From a virus, in IMG/VR virus record IMGVR_UViG_3300028654_000012, positions 52,674 through 116,673 of that record: a stretch of 64,000 nucleotides of DNA, one strand, 5' to 3'. Both the position numbers and the translations under genes were made by a program. The notes beneath the pieces are model-generated. The model saw only the letters and a list, made by a program, of their open reading frames with translations. It did no database searches and was not told the origin of the DNA. Of this stretch, positions 38,072 through 47,165 are shown one piece after another (the stretch's first letter is position 1; every line of letters begins with the position of its first letter).

Positions 38072-40936
38072 ATGTCCGTAGCCTTTTACCTTAAAGAAAA
38101 GACGTTACTATTCGCTATCCGGGATTTTGAGCCGGGTACGCAACGTCTGCTTATGAGTACTTTAGATGTAAATGGTCTTATCGCAGACCTTCAAGCATTT
38201 AAAATGGTAGTAGCTCGGCATATGGATGAACTCATTAAAGATCCTAATGAATTAGAAGCTGCTCGCCATGTGGCTTATAAGGGTCAAGTTCTCCCCCTCC
38301 TAAGAGATGAGACCAACGCTCTTAACTTCCAATACAACACCTACAAGATATACCTATCTGATTTAGGAAAAGAGGCAGCCCCTTCTAGGAAGCTCTGTAT
38401 CGACTTCGATCACACCTTATCTAAAGGACATCAGGGAGATCAGATGGATGGCCCCTTCGATGGAGCAATTGAAGCTTTACAGAAGTTAAAAGTAGAAGGT
38501 TACGAAATAGTTATTTACTCCTGTAGAGCTAATTCCGATCATGGGCGTAAGCAAATAGAGGAGTGGTTAAAGAAGTACAACTGCCCCTATGATGAAATTT
38601 TTATAGGTAAGCCTGAGGCTATGGCTTACGTAGATGATCGCGCTATCCCTTTTAAAGGTAATTGGGCTGAAGTACTTAAAGACATAGGAGCTTCTCATGA
38701 TGCCGAACTTAACAAATCTACTAGTGTTAGCATATTCTTATCTATCCCCTCTAGCACCGATAACCAACTGTCTTGCCGTGAAGGCGAGACTAGCCGCCCT
38801 CTATCTGCTAGGGAAGTAAGCTCTGCCTTCTTACCCTCTCTTCCCGGAGTAGTTTGGGAAGTACATGATGGTCCGGATATGCAGCACAGTCCTAGCACTC
38901 CTCTTGAAATGCTACACCCTGTTAATGAGTGGAATACCTACGACTCCTATACGGCTATCCACGACAAGAAGGATCCTACCGACCTACTACACTTCCTATC
39001 GCTTGAAGACATAGAGAAAAAGCCTGATCAATCTTCTGATGCGAAAGAAGAAGATGAAGCGAATGAAGCGCAAGATAACATTGAATCTTCGCTAGGTAAA
39101 CGCGATATAGCTAAGAGAGCAGCTACTAACGAAGAACATCTAGCCCATATCAAAGAGCTAGTCAATCAGCGACAATTTGAAAAGGCGGTCGCTTATCTTA
39201 ATGACAATAAGCTAAACGCCCCTAAGCTTTTAAAAGACCTGGAAGATAGATCTTCTAAGGCGACTATTTTAAATAAAGAGCAAGCCCTTCTCTTGATTGA
39301 GAAAGGAAGTCAGGGAGCCCAGAGTAACGCAGTAAAATGGCTTGCTAAAAATAATAATGTTAATGAGCTTGCTGCCGCGGTTCCTTTAGTAGCTTTCAAC
39401 CCATCTGTAGCAAAAGAGATTATAGATGTCTTTAAAGCTAACAAAAACGTAATAGTTCTTAATAGGCTATATGCTAATACCTCTATCCCGGAAGCTATAC
39501 GAAGAGACATAGTTGAAATTCTAGTAGGAATAAACTACATACCTATTATAGATGAAGCTATTAAAGATGACTCTGAACAAATTAGATCTGCTGGGTATAG
39601 AGCTGCTGCCCGTCTCAAAGCAAAAGACCATCTACTTGAAGAAGGTACAAAAGATCCTTCTGCTAAAGTTCGTAAAGAAGTATATGGTTATTTGTGGGAA
39701 GCTCAAACTCCCGCAGCAATGGATTTGTTTTATAAAGGACAAAAGGATTCAGATCCTTCTATTCAGAACTTTGTTAAAGAGAAAGTAGGTCTTTCCAAGG
39801 GACAGACAGTCGCACCTACCCCGAAGGGAGATGAATTAACTAAGAAGATGATTGAAGATGGTATAACAGATGCTGAAGAGTACTTTAAGAAACATCCTGA
39901 ACTGGGTGAGAAGTTAAAAAAAGAATTAGAAGAAAGAGAGAAGACAATGCAGTACAACAGAAGTTTAGTTCCTTCTGCTCCAAAGAAGTCCTCTCTAGAC
40001 AAGGAAGCTATCCAGCCTCCCGCAGGTATGACCATGGCGATAGAGCCCGCTTTCGAATGGGGCGAGCGCGATGACGGACTATTAGCCAAGGATGTTAAGC
40101 AGTACTATGGCCGACCTAAAACGGAATGGCGCAACAATCTAGGATTGTTACCTGAGTTCCTTAAAAAGATGGAGGACGATAAAATGGAGAAAGAAGCTGA
40201 CTTCTTTCCTTCCGGAAGTTTCTTTCAACTTAAGGATGATTTAAGAACAGCGGAAGGTAAGTTTGTTCTTCCTAAAGGTCACAAGGGCTTAGTACTCTGG
40301 AGAGACCCAACTGTTCCGAGTATCTACGTTGTTAGATTTGAAGGCATTGAAACTAATGATGGAGATATAGGTATCCCCGAAAACATAATGGAACCTTTCG
40401 CAACTCCTAAGACTGCAGCTTCTAACGTCTATGATGACTTCGAGCAGACAGCTGTAGATGATGAACGCAGAATGGAACGCACTGAGGACGACGAAGGCGT
40501 TCTAATAATGGATCGGGATTGGATTAGCGACACCCAGACATTCCCTAGAGGAGTACCTTCGCCGCCTGCTAGATGGGTTATCAACGATGATGAGAGGGAA
40601 GGAGAAGCAGGTAAGCCGGGTGTAGGAGGTACCAAACTACGTAATGGACCTACCTACTGGGAACCTTCTCCAGGTAACTTAGATGGTATGCCTGCAGGGC
40701 AATCTTTCTCTTCTCTTACAGCTGAAGTTGATAATGACGGAGCTAGAGTAACTTGTTCATGGGATAACGAGAATTCTGAGCAAGAGATAACCGCTGCCTT
40801 AGTTAGTTTTATTAAAGTTCATCTGCCTCATGTTTTTGATAAATTTAAAAGCATTTCTTCTGAACACGTAGACTTGCCCAACCGAACTCTTGTATTAAAA
40901 TTCCAGGGCGATAAGGAGCATAATGAAAAAAAGTAA
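38072..40936 (+). CDS. 954-aa multidomain protein: HAD phosphatase + HEAT repeats + SH3-like
   Basis: IDFDHTL..YSCR..GKP..YVDDRA; DDSEQIRSAG/DPSAKVRKE/DSDPSIQ HEAT repeats. Confidence 0.7.
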   Translation: MSVAFYLKEKTLLFAIRDFEPGTQRLLMSTLDVNGLIADLQAFKMVVARHMDELIKDPNELEAARHVAYKGQVLPLLRDETNALNFQYNTYKIYLSDLGKEAAPSRKLCIDFDHTLSKGHQGDQMDGPFDGAIEALQKLKVEGYEIVIYSCRANSDHGRKQIEEWLKKYNCPYDEIFIGKPEAMAYVDDRAIPFKGNWAEVLKDIGASHDAELNKSTSVSIFLSIPSSTDNQLSCREGETSRPLSAREVSSAFLPSLPGVVWEVHDGPDMQHSPSTPLEMLHPVNEWNTYDSYTAIHDKKDPTDLLHFLSLEDIEKKPDQSSDAKEEDEANEAQDNIESSLGKRDIAKRAATNEEHLAHIKELVNQRQFEKAVAYLNDNKLNAPKLLKDLEDRSSKATILNKEQALLLIEKGSQGAQSNAVKWLAKNNNVNELAAAVPLVAFNPSVAKEIIDVFKANKNVIVLNRLYANTSIPEAIRRDIVEILVGINYIPIIDEAIKDDSEQIRSAGYRAAARLKAKDHLLEEGTKDPSAKVRKEVYGYLWEAQTPAAMDLFYKGQKDSDPSIQNFVKEKVGLSKGQTVAPTPKGDELTKKMIEDGITDAEEYFKKHPELGEKLKKELEEREKTMQYNRSLVPSAPKKSSLDKEAIQPPAGMTMAIEPAFEWGERDDGLLAKDVKQYYGRPKTEWRNNLGLLPEFLKKMEDDKMEKEADFFPSGSFFQLKDDLRTAEGKFVLPKGHKGLVLWRDPTVPSIYVVRFEGIETNDGDIGIPENIMEPFATPKTAASNVYDDFEQTAVDDERRMERTEDDEGVLIMDRDWISDTQTFPRGVPSPPARWVINDDEREGEAGKPGVGGTKLRNGPTYWEPSPGNLDGMPAGQSFSSLTAEVDNDGARVTCSWDNENSEQEITAALVSFIKVHLPHVFDKFKSISSEHVDLPNRTLVLKFQGDKEHNEKK

Positions 40937-41597
40937 GTCGAAGCGATCAAGTGGTGCGTACCAGATTGTTCCTAAGAGTGCAGCACAAGAAGAGTACATG
41001 AGAGCGATTGATGAGTTCGACGTAGTTTTTGGAAGAGGTTCAGCCGGATCTGGAAAGACATTTTTAGCAGTGGCCGGAGCTATTAGAGCTCTGCAAGCCG
41101 GCGACGTAGACCGAATCATTATAACCAGACCTATCGTAGAGGCAGGAGAGAAGCTAGGATTCTTGCCGGGTACCTTTCAAGAAAAGGTAGACCCTTATCT
41201 TAGACCTATCTATGATGCGTTCTTTGAATTAATGGAACCTGAAGAGTTCAAGACATGGCAAGCCCAAGGTATAATTGAGATTGCCCCTCTCGCTTACATC
41301 AGAGGTCGCACCTTTACTAGATGCTTTATGATTTTAGATGAGGCTCAGAATACGACTCCTATGCAGATTAGAACGTTTCTAACTCGTATGGGCCAGGAAT
41401 CTCAGATGGTTATTAACGGAGATCCTACACAGATTGACTTACCTGATCATGTAGATTCAGGTTTAGAAGATGCCTTACACGTTTTAAAAGGTGTAGAAGG
41501 TATCGCTTGTATTGAGTTTAGTCCAGTAGATATCGTTAGACATGAAGTAGTTAGACGCATTGTAACTGCTTACGAGAATGATGATGCACAACCCTAA
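40923..41597 (+). CDS. phoH: PhoH-family ATPase
   Basis: GSAGSGKT, ITRPIVE, GFLPG, RGRTF, DEAQN, GDPTQID. Confidence 0.95.
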   Translation: MKKSKSKRSSGAYQIVPKSAAQEEYMRAIDEFDVVFGRGSAGSGKTFLAVAGAIRALQAGDVDRIIITRPIVEAGEKLGFLPGTFQEKVDPYLRPIYDAFFELMEPEEFKTWQAQGIIEIAPLAYIRGRTFTRCFMILDEAQNTTPMQIRTFLTRMGQESQMVINGDPTQIDLPDHVDSGLEDALHVLKGVEGIACIEFSPVDIVRHEVVRRIVTAYENDDAQP

Positions 41598-42708
41598 CCC
41601 ATTATCAAAGAAAGAGTTCTACAAGACAGCTGACGTAGGAGATAGCGATTTCTCCTATGAGGAGCTAGGTCAACCGCCCGCTACCCCTCCAAAAGAGCAG
41701 ACTCCTCCCACGGCAAAGGAAGAACCAAAAAAAGAAGCTCCTAAAGAAGAGGAGCCAAAACCAGAGCCCAAGAAAGAGGAAGCGCCTAAGAAAGAAGAGA
41801 AGGGTAATCACCCTCACGTCGATAAGGTCAATGGAAATCCGGGGGCCTACTGGATCCCTAACATGCAGGGATTCGAGGCATCTGCTCTGGATGCTATTAA
41901 GACAGGTGGGACCGTCTTCAAAGGAAGCGTTGCTTTCCAGGGAGACGATTGGGCGGATAACGGGGAGATGGAGATCTATCTAAACCGTGGTCCTCATAAT
42001 AAACTACACGTATTACTCAATCCTCAAGGCTTCATAGATGAAGTCTCTCGAGTTGCCGAGAAGTACGACGCTGTTGCTAAGACTGAATCAGAAGGTCACG
42101 TATTCCATCCTCGTAGATGCATCCCTTTCGTACTAGAGAATATAGGTAAGAGAATTGTTGACATCTTAGGTAGTAAGCTTCGTGACGTAGGAGTGAAGTC
42201 AGGCTTAGACTTTAAGATGAAAGATTCTGCTCCCTACGCAACAGCTGTTGCAGAAGGTAGAGCTTTACTTTCTCAGGTATCCAGAGAGCTGTCAGATAAG
42301 AACAAAGAAGAAGCCAAAGCTCCTAAGACTCGTGTAAAGAAACTTGATACAGATGGTATTCTCGAGAAGTTCTTTAACGAACTACCCGACGCTGACTGGG
42401 AAGTACATGAATCTAAGACCTTAGGTATTAAAACCAAGACAACCTCTTTACCTCCTGAGAAGTACGCTCCTATCAAAGAAGTACTAGATGGACTTCAGGT
42501 ACCTATGGGAAAAGTAGGACCTTACCAGTTTGAAAAGAGACAGGACGGGAACCTTCTAGTTATAGACACTAATGCCTATAGGTATTCGGGATGGGTAGGA
42601 CCGGAGTTAACACGGCTATCCGAATTGGTGGGAGACGATCTAAGTAAGAACGCTAGCGCTGCTATAGCGGGTTTGACAAGTCGCTTCCTTTCCCCAAAAG
42701 TAAAATAA
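41578..42708 (+). CDS. Hypothetical protein with Glu/Lys/Pro linker
   Basis: Last + strand ORF; K-x-A near both ends. Confidence 0.6.
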   Translation: MMMHNPNPLSKKEFYKTADVGDSDFSYEELGQPPATPPKEQTPPTAKEEPKKEAPKEEEPKPEPKKEEAPKKEEKGNHPHVDKVNGNPGAYWIPNMQGFEASALDAIKTGGTVFKGSVAFQGDDWADNGEMEIYLNRGPHNKLHVLLNPQGFIDEVSRVAEKYDAVAKTESEGHVFHPRRCIPFVLENIGKRIVDILGSKLRDVGVKSGLDFKMKDSAPYATAVAEGRALLSQVSRELSDKNKEEAKAPKTRVKKLDTDGILEKFFNELPDADWEVHESKTLGIKTKTTSLPPEKYAPIKEVLDGLQVPMGKVGPYQFEKRQDGNLLVIDTNAYRYSGWVGPELTRLSELVGDDLSKNASAAIAGLTSRFLSPKVK

Positions 42709-43156
42709 GATCAAGAGCATTCATATCTTGATCGCAGTTCTCTGCTACTCTATAAAAATCTCTAGCGGTCCTCGCTAGCTCGACTTCCAATCGAAGTGTT
42801 GCCTGAGGAGTACTAATAACATTGACGTTCCCTAATGTTCCGTAGGGCGACTCCTGGGAGGTATTCATTTCTAGATAGACTACTTCCATTGTAGAATCTA
42901 CTTTATTTATTTCAGGACTGAGATATTCAGATCTATATAGGTGTATAGATCCGGTGTAGGTAGGGATGCCACTCCAGCCTTTGTAATTAGGAAGGCCGTT
43001 CCACGCTCTCGGGTACGCTCTCCTCACTACGTTGAGAGCTATCTTGAACAGCAGAGGGTTGTGCGGTCCCACTATCTGTACTAGATAATGATTCGCTTCC
43101 TTGAACATTCTTAGCTTTAGAGGTGTTTCTTGGACGTCTACTTCCTTCAATTTCAT
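42662..43156 (-). CDS. Hypothetical protein
   Basis: ORF; true start uncertain (overlaps the next ORF). Confidence 0.45.
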   Translation of the reverse strand: MKLKEVDVQETPLKLRMFKEANHYLVQIVGPHNPLLFKIALNVVRRAYPRAWNGLPNYKGWSGIPTYTGSIHLYRSEYLSPEINKVDSTMEVVYLEMNTSQESPYGTLGNVNVISTPQATLRLEVELARTARDFYRVAENCDQDMNALDLILLLGKGSDLSNPL

Positions 43157-43409
43157 CGGGCGCTCTCACAAAGTAATCCAGATTCTCTTCCCAAACGTAT
43201 TCTTTAGAAAGGGATACCTCTAAGGTATCTTTATAAACTTTACTTACCTTTCTAGGTGAAGTTAGAAGTTTAGCATCCTCTACGGGTGCTCCTGCAGAAA
43301 GAAAGCTTCTAAGTAGACGCAATGTCTCAGCGTCCGCCTTAGCCAGGAAGTCTACGACTTCCTTTAGAGTTCCAATCGGAACTACTACATCTCCCTTCTT
43401 AAGCGCCAT
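42987..43409 (-). CDS. Hypothetical protein
   Basis: GGAG RBS and plausible N-terminus; C-terminal tail overlaps another frame. Confidence 0.5.
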   Translation of the reverse strand: MALKKGDVVVPIGTLKEVVDFLAKADAETLRLLRSFLSAGAPVEDAKLLTSPRKVSKVYKDTLEVSLSKEYVWEENLDYFVRAPDEIEGSRRPRNTSKAKNVQGSESLSSTDSGTAQPSAVQDSSQRSEESVPESVERPS

Positions 43410-43716
43410 TCTTAGGCTCCCCTTCTGCTTCCTTCTTAGACAAAGGCTGAGCTACTACCTTCTGTCCGGGCTGTAACGTACCCTTCGCTAAGGCAAGATC
43501 CTGTAGCTTCTTAACGAAGGCGTTGAAAGCCCCTTCAGAGATCCTGTTGTTCTCTTTTAGCTCTCGTACCCGCCGCATTACAGTCTCTAATCCGAACGTA
43601 GAGTCAGCTACCATCGCTAGCATCTTAGCGACGTCAGGAGCGTTCATATTCATGATAGCATACATCAAATCTTTGTCCGCACCAGCTGTTACAGTCTTTT
43701 CAGTATCTTCTTCCAT
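43399..43716 (-). CDS. Hypothetical protein
   Basis: ORF in operon context. Confidence 0.55.
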   Translation of the reverse strand: MEEDTEKTVTAGADKDLMYAIMNMNAPDVAKMLAMVADSTFGLETVMRRVRELKENNRISEGAFNAFVKKLQDLALAKGTLQPGQKVVAQPLSKKEAEGEPKNGA

Positions 43717-43976
43717 GGGTTTATTCCTACGTGCGAGATATCAAAATCATTTCCTAGGACGACTTCGATTATACTACCATCTTTAAGTATGCTATAGTTT
43801 CTCTTAGGGAGAATATCTACCTTACATAATACAATAGAGTTTGCCCAATCTAATCTATATAAATCCTGGAGGGAAGTCCTTAAGACCTCACCTCCAGGAG
43901 TTATCAGATAATTATAACGACTATAGTCAGGAGGATCTATCGCTCCTACTATATTAAGCCACTTTGTTTGGTTCAT
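43689..43976 (-). CDS. Hypothetical protein
   Basis: ORF coupled to ruvB. Confidence 0.5.
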   Translation of the reverse strand: MNQTKWLNIVGAIDPPDYSRYNYLITPGGEVLRTSLQDLYRLDWANSIVLCKVDILPKRNYSILKDGSIIEVVLGNDFDISHVGINPWKKILKRL

Positions 43977-44871
43977 GAGATTCTACAAACTTAATCCCTT
44001 GTTCAGTTAAGTATCTTCCTTTCGGACCGCGCATTAGCAAGCCTATATTAATAAGATGAGGCTCTCTCAGGGATTCAATTGTTTCTGAATCTTCACCTAA
44101 GACGTTCGAAAGAGAATCAATACCTACAGGTCTATTCTTAAATATCTTTAGAATAGTTGACATCACTTTACGATCTTGCCTGTCCAATCCGTTTTCGTCT
44201 ACGCCAATATTCTTAAAACAAGCTAAGACATTTGTCAACGTAATAAAGTTTTCCGTTGCATAATCTCTTGTTCTAAGTAGATACTGGTTCGCTAATCTAG
44301 GAGTCCCTCTACTTCTCTTAGCAATTTCGTTAATTGCTTCAGCTTGAATCTGAAAGTTTAGCTTTCCTGCCGACCGAGCTATGATAGTATTAAGCTCAGC
44401 TAGAGAATACGTAGTTAGATACTCTATGATTGTAAAGCGATCTCTGAAGGGTCTTGATAGACTTCCTTCTTTAGTTGTCGCACCAATCAAAGTAAAGATA
44501 CATAGCTTATTACCCTTCCAAGTAAAATCCTCCATCGCAGCATACAAGGATTCCTCAATAGAAGACTTAAGCGAATGTACTTCGTCTATAAAGACGATAT
44601 CTCCTGACTTTACGTTAGCAAACACACTATCTAGTTCATCTATACTCTCAATGTTAGGGCCAATTAGTTCGTATATATTAACGTTTAACTCCTTAGCTAT
44701 TACCCTTGCTAAAGAAGTTTTACCCGTTCCTGGCGGTCCCGAAAAGAGAATATGGCCCAGAGACATATCCGACCGTCTCAAGGTTCCTTCGATGCATACC
44801 TTAATGTTTTGTTTTACAACGTCTTGGCCAATATAAGAATCTATACTTTCTGGCCGTAATGAATTGCTCAA
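43954..44871 (-). CDS. ruvB: Holliday junction branch-migration helicase RuvB
   Basis: LRPESI..YIGQ, GPPGTGKTS, FIDEVH, GATT, RDRF, RGTPRLAN. Confidence 0.9.
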   Translation of the reverse strand: MSNSLRPESIDSYIGQDVVKQNIKVCIEGTLRRSDMSLGHILFSGPPGTGKTSLARVIAKELNVNIYELIGPNIESIDELDSVFANVKSGDIVFIDEVHSLKSSIEESLYAAMEDFTWKGNKLCIFTLIGATTKEGSLSRPFRDRFTIIEYLTTYSLAELNTIIARSAGKLNFQIQAEAINEIAKRSRGTPRLANQYLLRTRDYATENFITLTNVLACFKNIGVDENGLDRQDRKVMSTILKIFKNRPVGIDSLSNVLGEDSETIESLREPHLINIGLLMRGPKGRYLTEQGIKFVESHEPNKVA

Positions 44872-44881
44872 TAGTACTCCC

Positions 44882-45076
44882 TTACTGTTTTGGTATTAAT
44901 AACCCTGGCTCGTTGTTAGGCGACACAACTTTACCGGAGAAGTCAGTAGTACCTCCCTTTGAGGCTTTACCAAGAACTTTACCCTTGGTATCCGAGATGG
45001 TCTCTTCATCACCATCAGTATCTTTACGAGCAATACGTCTACCGTAAAAGTCAACAATCCATTTTTCTTTTTTCAT
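44882..45076 (-). CDS. Hypothetical protein
   Basis: GGAG RBS context. Confidence 0.55.
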   Translation of the reverse strand: MKKEKWIVDFYGRRIARKDTDGDEETISDTKGKVLGKASKGGTTDFSGKVVSPNNEPGLLIPKQ

Positions 45077-45333
45077 TAGATTGAAAGAATAGTAGCAATA
45101 GCTTCCTTTACCTGGCTTACTGCTAGATCTAAAGACCCTGCAGTATGATCTACATAAAGTCTTTTAACAGCCGGATGGTTAGGCGTAAAGCCATTATCTT
45201 CTAGACCAGCAATTCTTAGAAGCTTCCAAACAACTGAACCGTCATTATTACGAGAGACTGAAACAGTCCATAGAATATTATCAGTTCCCTTGAGATTACT
45301 AACTTCTATATTAGTCCATGTAGGCGCGCTCAT
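45076..45333 (-). CDS. Hypothetical protein
   Basis: GGAG RBS, downstream of candidate promoter. Confidence 0.6.
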   Translation of the reverse strand: MSAPTWTNIEVSNLKGTDNILWTVSVSRNNDGSVVWKLLRIAGLEDNGFTPNHPAVKRLYVDHTAGSLDLAVSQVKEAIATILSI

Positions 45334-45352
45334 TTATATCTCCGCTATATTT

Positions 45353-45384
45353 ATTATACGTTTTATTTAAGCTTTTGTTGCTAG
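45353..45384 (-). promoter_or_regulatory. Candidate phage promoter GCAACAA-N14-CGTATAA
   Basis: Third exact-spacing copy of the motif. Confidence 0.6.
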
Positions 45385-46155
45385 ACCGAACTTATCTTTA
45401 AGGATATCTACACATAGCTTTTCTACTTTATCGGCAGGAGCTTTTTCTGGAAGAGGAGACTTTTCATAGGCTTGATGTGTCTCTTCAAACAGTTGCTCTG
45501 CCATCTCTTTAACTTGGTCTAGGGTATACTTGCCATCCTTAATATCTAAATACAACTGAAAGTCTGGCCGATATACTTGTAGCTTACCATCTGCTAACGT
45601 TTCTTTAGCAGTGTTAAGAAGCCTGATCATATGAGATGCGTTCTTAGTATCGTACCCATGGGCAGTAACTAACTGCTTACGCTTAGCACCCATATACCCA
45701 TTTGTAGCTGCCGTAGTCATCTTCTTCATCTGATCATGGGCATAACCCGTAAACGTGTTATGGATCTGCTTTGACATAAACATGTCACGGTTGTCGATTA
45801 GAAGCTGGCCAAGTTTACTTACATGAAGATAATCTTCCGGTCTCAACCAGAGAAGGTTAAGTACGTTAGGGTTATTTCCCCCAAGCAGAAAGATGGCCTT
45901 ACGCATTTCATACATCACTACATCCCACTCGTCTTCAAAGAAGTCATGAGTCTCAGTCTGCTTATGACCAAGATAATGCTCTAAGGGAGCTACGAATAGT
46001 CCCATGATATCGATATCATCGATAGAATTAGGATGAGAGTTAGGTCGATAAGTACCATGAACTACGGAACCCCTAAAGGCAACAAGCTCAGAGTCCTGGT
46101 ACTTCTTCCACCAGTTTGTAGCGGTATGATCTTTAACAGTTAGGGTAGTTGTCAT
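45367..46155 (-). CDS. Pol-beta-superfamily nucleotidyltransferase (Nuc-transf/RlaP-like)
   Basis: RGSVVHG..SIDDIDIMG, NPNVLNLLW, YDTKNASHMIRLL. Confidence 0.8.
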   Translation of the reverse strand: MTTTLTVKDHTATNWWKKYQDSELVAFRGSVVHGTYRPNSHPNSIDDIDIMGLFVAPLEHYLGHKQTETHDFFEDEWDVVMYEMRKAIFLLGGNNPNVLNLLWLRPEDYLHVSKLGQLLIDNRDMFMSKQIHNTFTGYAHDQMKKMTTAATNGYMGAKRKQLVTAHGYDTKNASHMIRLLNTAKETLADGKLQVYRPDFQLYLDIKDGKYTLDQVKEMAEQLFEETHQAYEKSPLPEKAPADKVEKLCVDILKDKFGLATKA

Positions 46156-46315
46156 AAAAGAATCTTATAGATCCATCACATTTAGGTCTGTCAGTACGAT
46201 GAACTGATCTAGAGAAAGGATTGGCAAGCTGGCAAGACTCACATAGCTGCCAGTCACATCGGTCGCACTTAGCTCGGGGAGTGTTAAGAACACAACAAAG
46301 TTTATTAATACTCAC
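46133..46315 (-). CDS. LCC-family Cys-rich microprotein
   Basis: GTG start; MSINKLCCVLNTPRAKCDRCDWQLCESC. Confidence 0.65.
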   Translation of the reverse strand: MSINKLCCVLNTPRAKCDRCDWQLCESCQLANPFSRSVHRTDRPKCDGSIRFFYDNYPNC

Positions 46316-46466
46316 GAGGTTGACATCTCCATCCACTATGCTTAGTGGCAGTATGGTGATCGTTTATTTTAAAAGCTATACGCCAGCATTCCAAACATAG
46401 GGAGTAGTTATCACAATCCATACACCAATATGAAGGGTTAATTAGACAGGCTAGGCAGACTTCCAT
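46305..46466 (-). CDS. LCC-related Cys-rich microprotein (53 aa, not in track)
   Basis: MEVCLACLINPSYWCMDCDNYSLCLECWR..H..HSGWR; TAATG coupling. Confidence 0.7.
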   Translation of the reverse strand: MEVCLACLINPSYWCMDCDNYSLCLECWRIAFKINDHHTATKHSGWRCQPREY

Positions 46467-46624
46467 TATTTATAAACTCTCCAACCGCAGTGCCGGGTCT
46501 TCATGTAATGAGGAGTATATAAGTTGCTGTGGTTTGATCGCCAGCAGGGGTTACATTTTATATTCTCATCACAGTCAAAACAGACGTATGCTGGGTTGAG
46601 AAGACAGCAGAGTTTAGGTTCCAT
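46466..46624 (-). CDS. LCC-family Cys-rich microprotein (52 aa, not in track)
   Basis: MEPKLCCLLNPAYVCFDCDENIKCNPCWR..H..HCGWR; TAATG coupling. Confidence 0.75.
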   Translation of the reverse strand: MEPKLCCLLNPAYVCFDCDENIKCNPCWRSNHSNLYTPHYMKTRHCGWRVYK

Positions 46625-47163
46625 TACTTTAATGCAGTGAATACAAAGTGAGGAGGAAGATTACGTACTTCCCACTGGACATCTACCTGACTAAATCTAT
46701 CTTTCATTAAAGGAATCAGATGAGGAGTTACCTGATAGGCAACAAAACGTCCATCTTTATTAAGACTTCGCCAAGTCTTATTTAATAGCTCTTCTCTTTC
46801 GGGCTTATCAAAAAACGCGAAAGGGACGCCTGAGACGATGGAATCTACTCCAGAGATTTGATGATACGCCAGAATCTTATCAATCTCCCTCACATCTCCA
46901 TTGAATACCTTTAATCGGGGATCGGTTAAGGACTTCAACTCGCTAAACAGGTCTGTATTAAATTCAATGGCCAGAAGAGTAGCATCGGGACTCATTTGTT
47001 TTAGAATCTCTCGGGTCATCACACCACGAGCTGCACCATACTCCACAATCGTTTTTGCTTGGGAGAGGTTCATGGAGTCGACAGATCTCTGGACGAGATA
47101 CTTGCTAGAAGGGATTACAGATGCGACTTTCAGATCGTTCCAAAAGGCCTTTACATAACTCAT
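46624..47163 (-). CDS. Class I SAM methyltransferase, phospholipid N-methyltransferase (PmtA)-like
   Basis: VASVIPSS, IVEYG, AIEFN, DSIVSGVPF, GRFVAYQ, NLPP. Confidence 0.75.
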   Translation of the reverse strand: MSYVKAFWNDLKVASVIPSSKYLVQRSVDSMNLSQAKTIVEYGAARGVMTREILKQMSPDATLLAIEFNTDLFSELKSLTDPRLKVFNGDVREIDKILAYHQISGVDSIVSGVPFAFFDKPEREELLNKTWRSLNKDGRFVAYQVTPHLIPLMKDRFSQVDVQWEVRNLPPHFVFTALK

Positions 47164-47165
47164 AG

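Noticed and set aside
40131-40158. GCAACAA box as another promoter copy
   Set aside because: No CGTAT box at N14 and it lies deep inside a coding region
812-40635. Antisense ORFs in the track within the + block (e.g. 812-1321, 17886-18239, 29068-29442) and + ORFs within the - block
   Set aside because: Shadows of real genes with no motifs or RBS
46440-46625. Apparent structured ncRNA (AAACTCT/AGAGTTT, GTCTTC/GAAGAC pairings)
   Set aside because: Region is fully explained by coupled Cys-rich ORFs on the - strand, and the pairings are mutually incompatible
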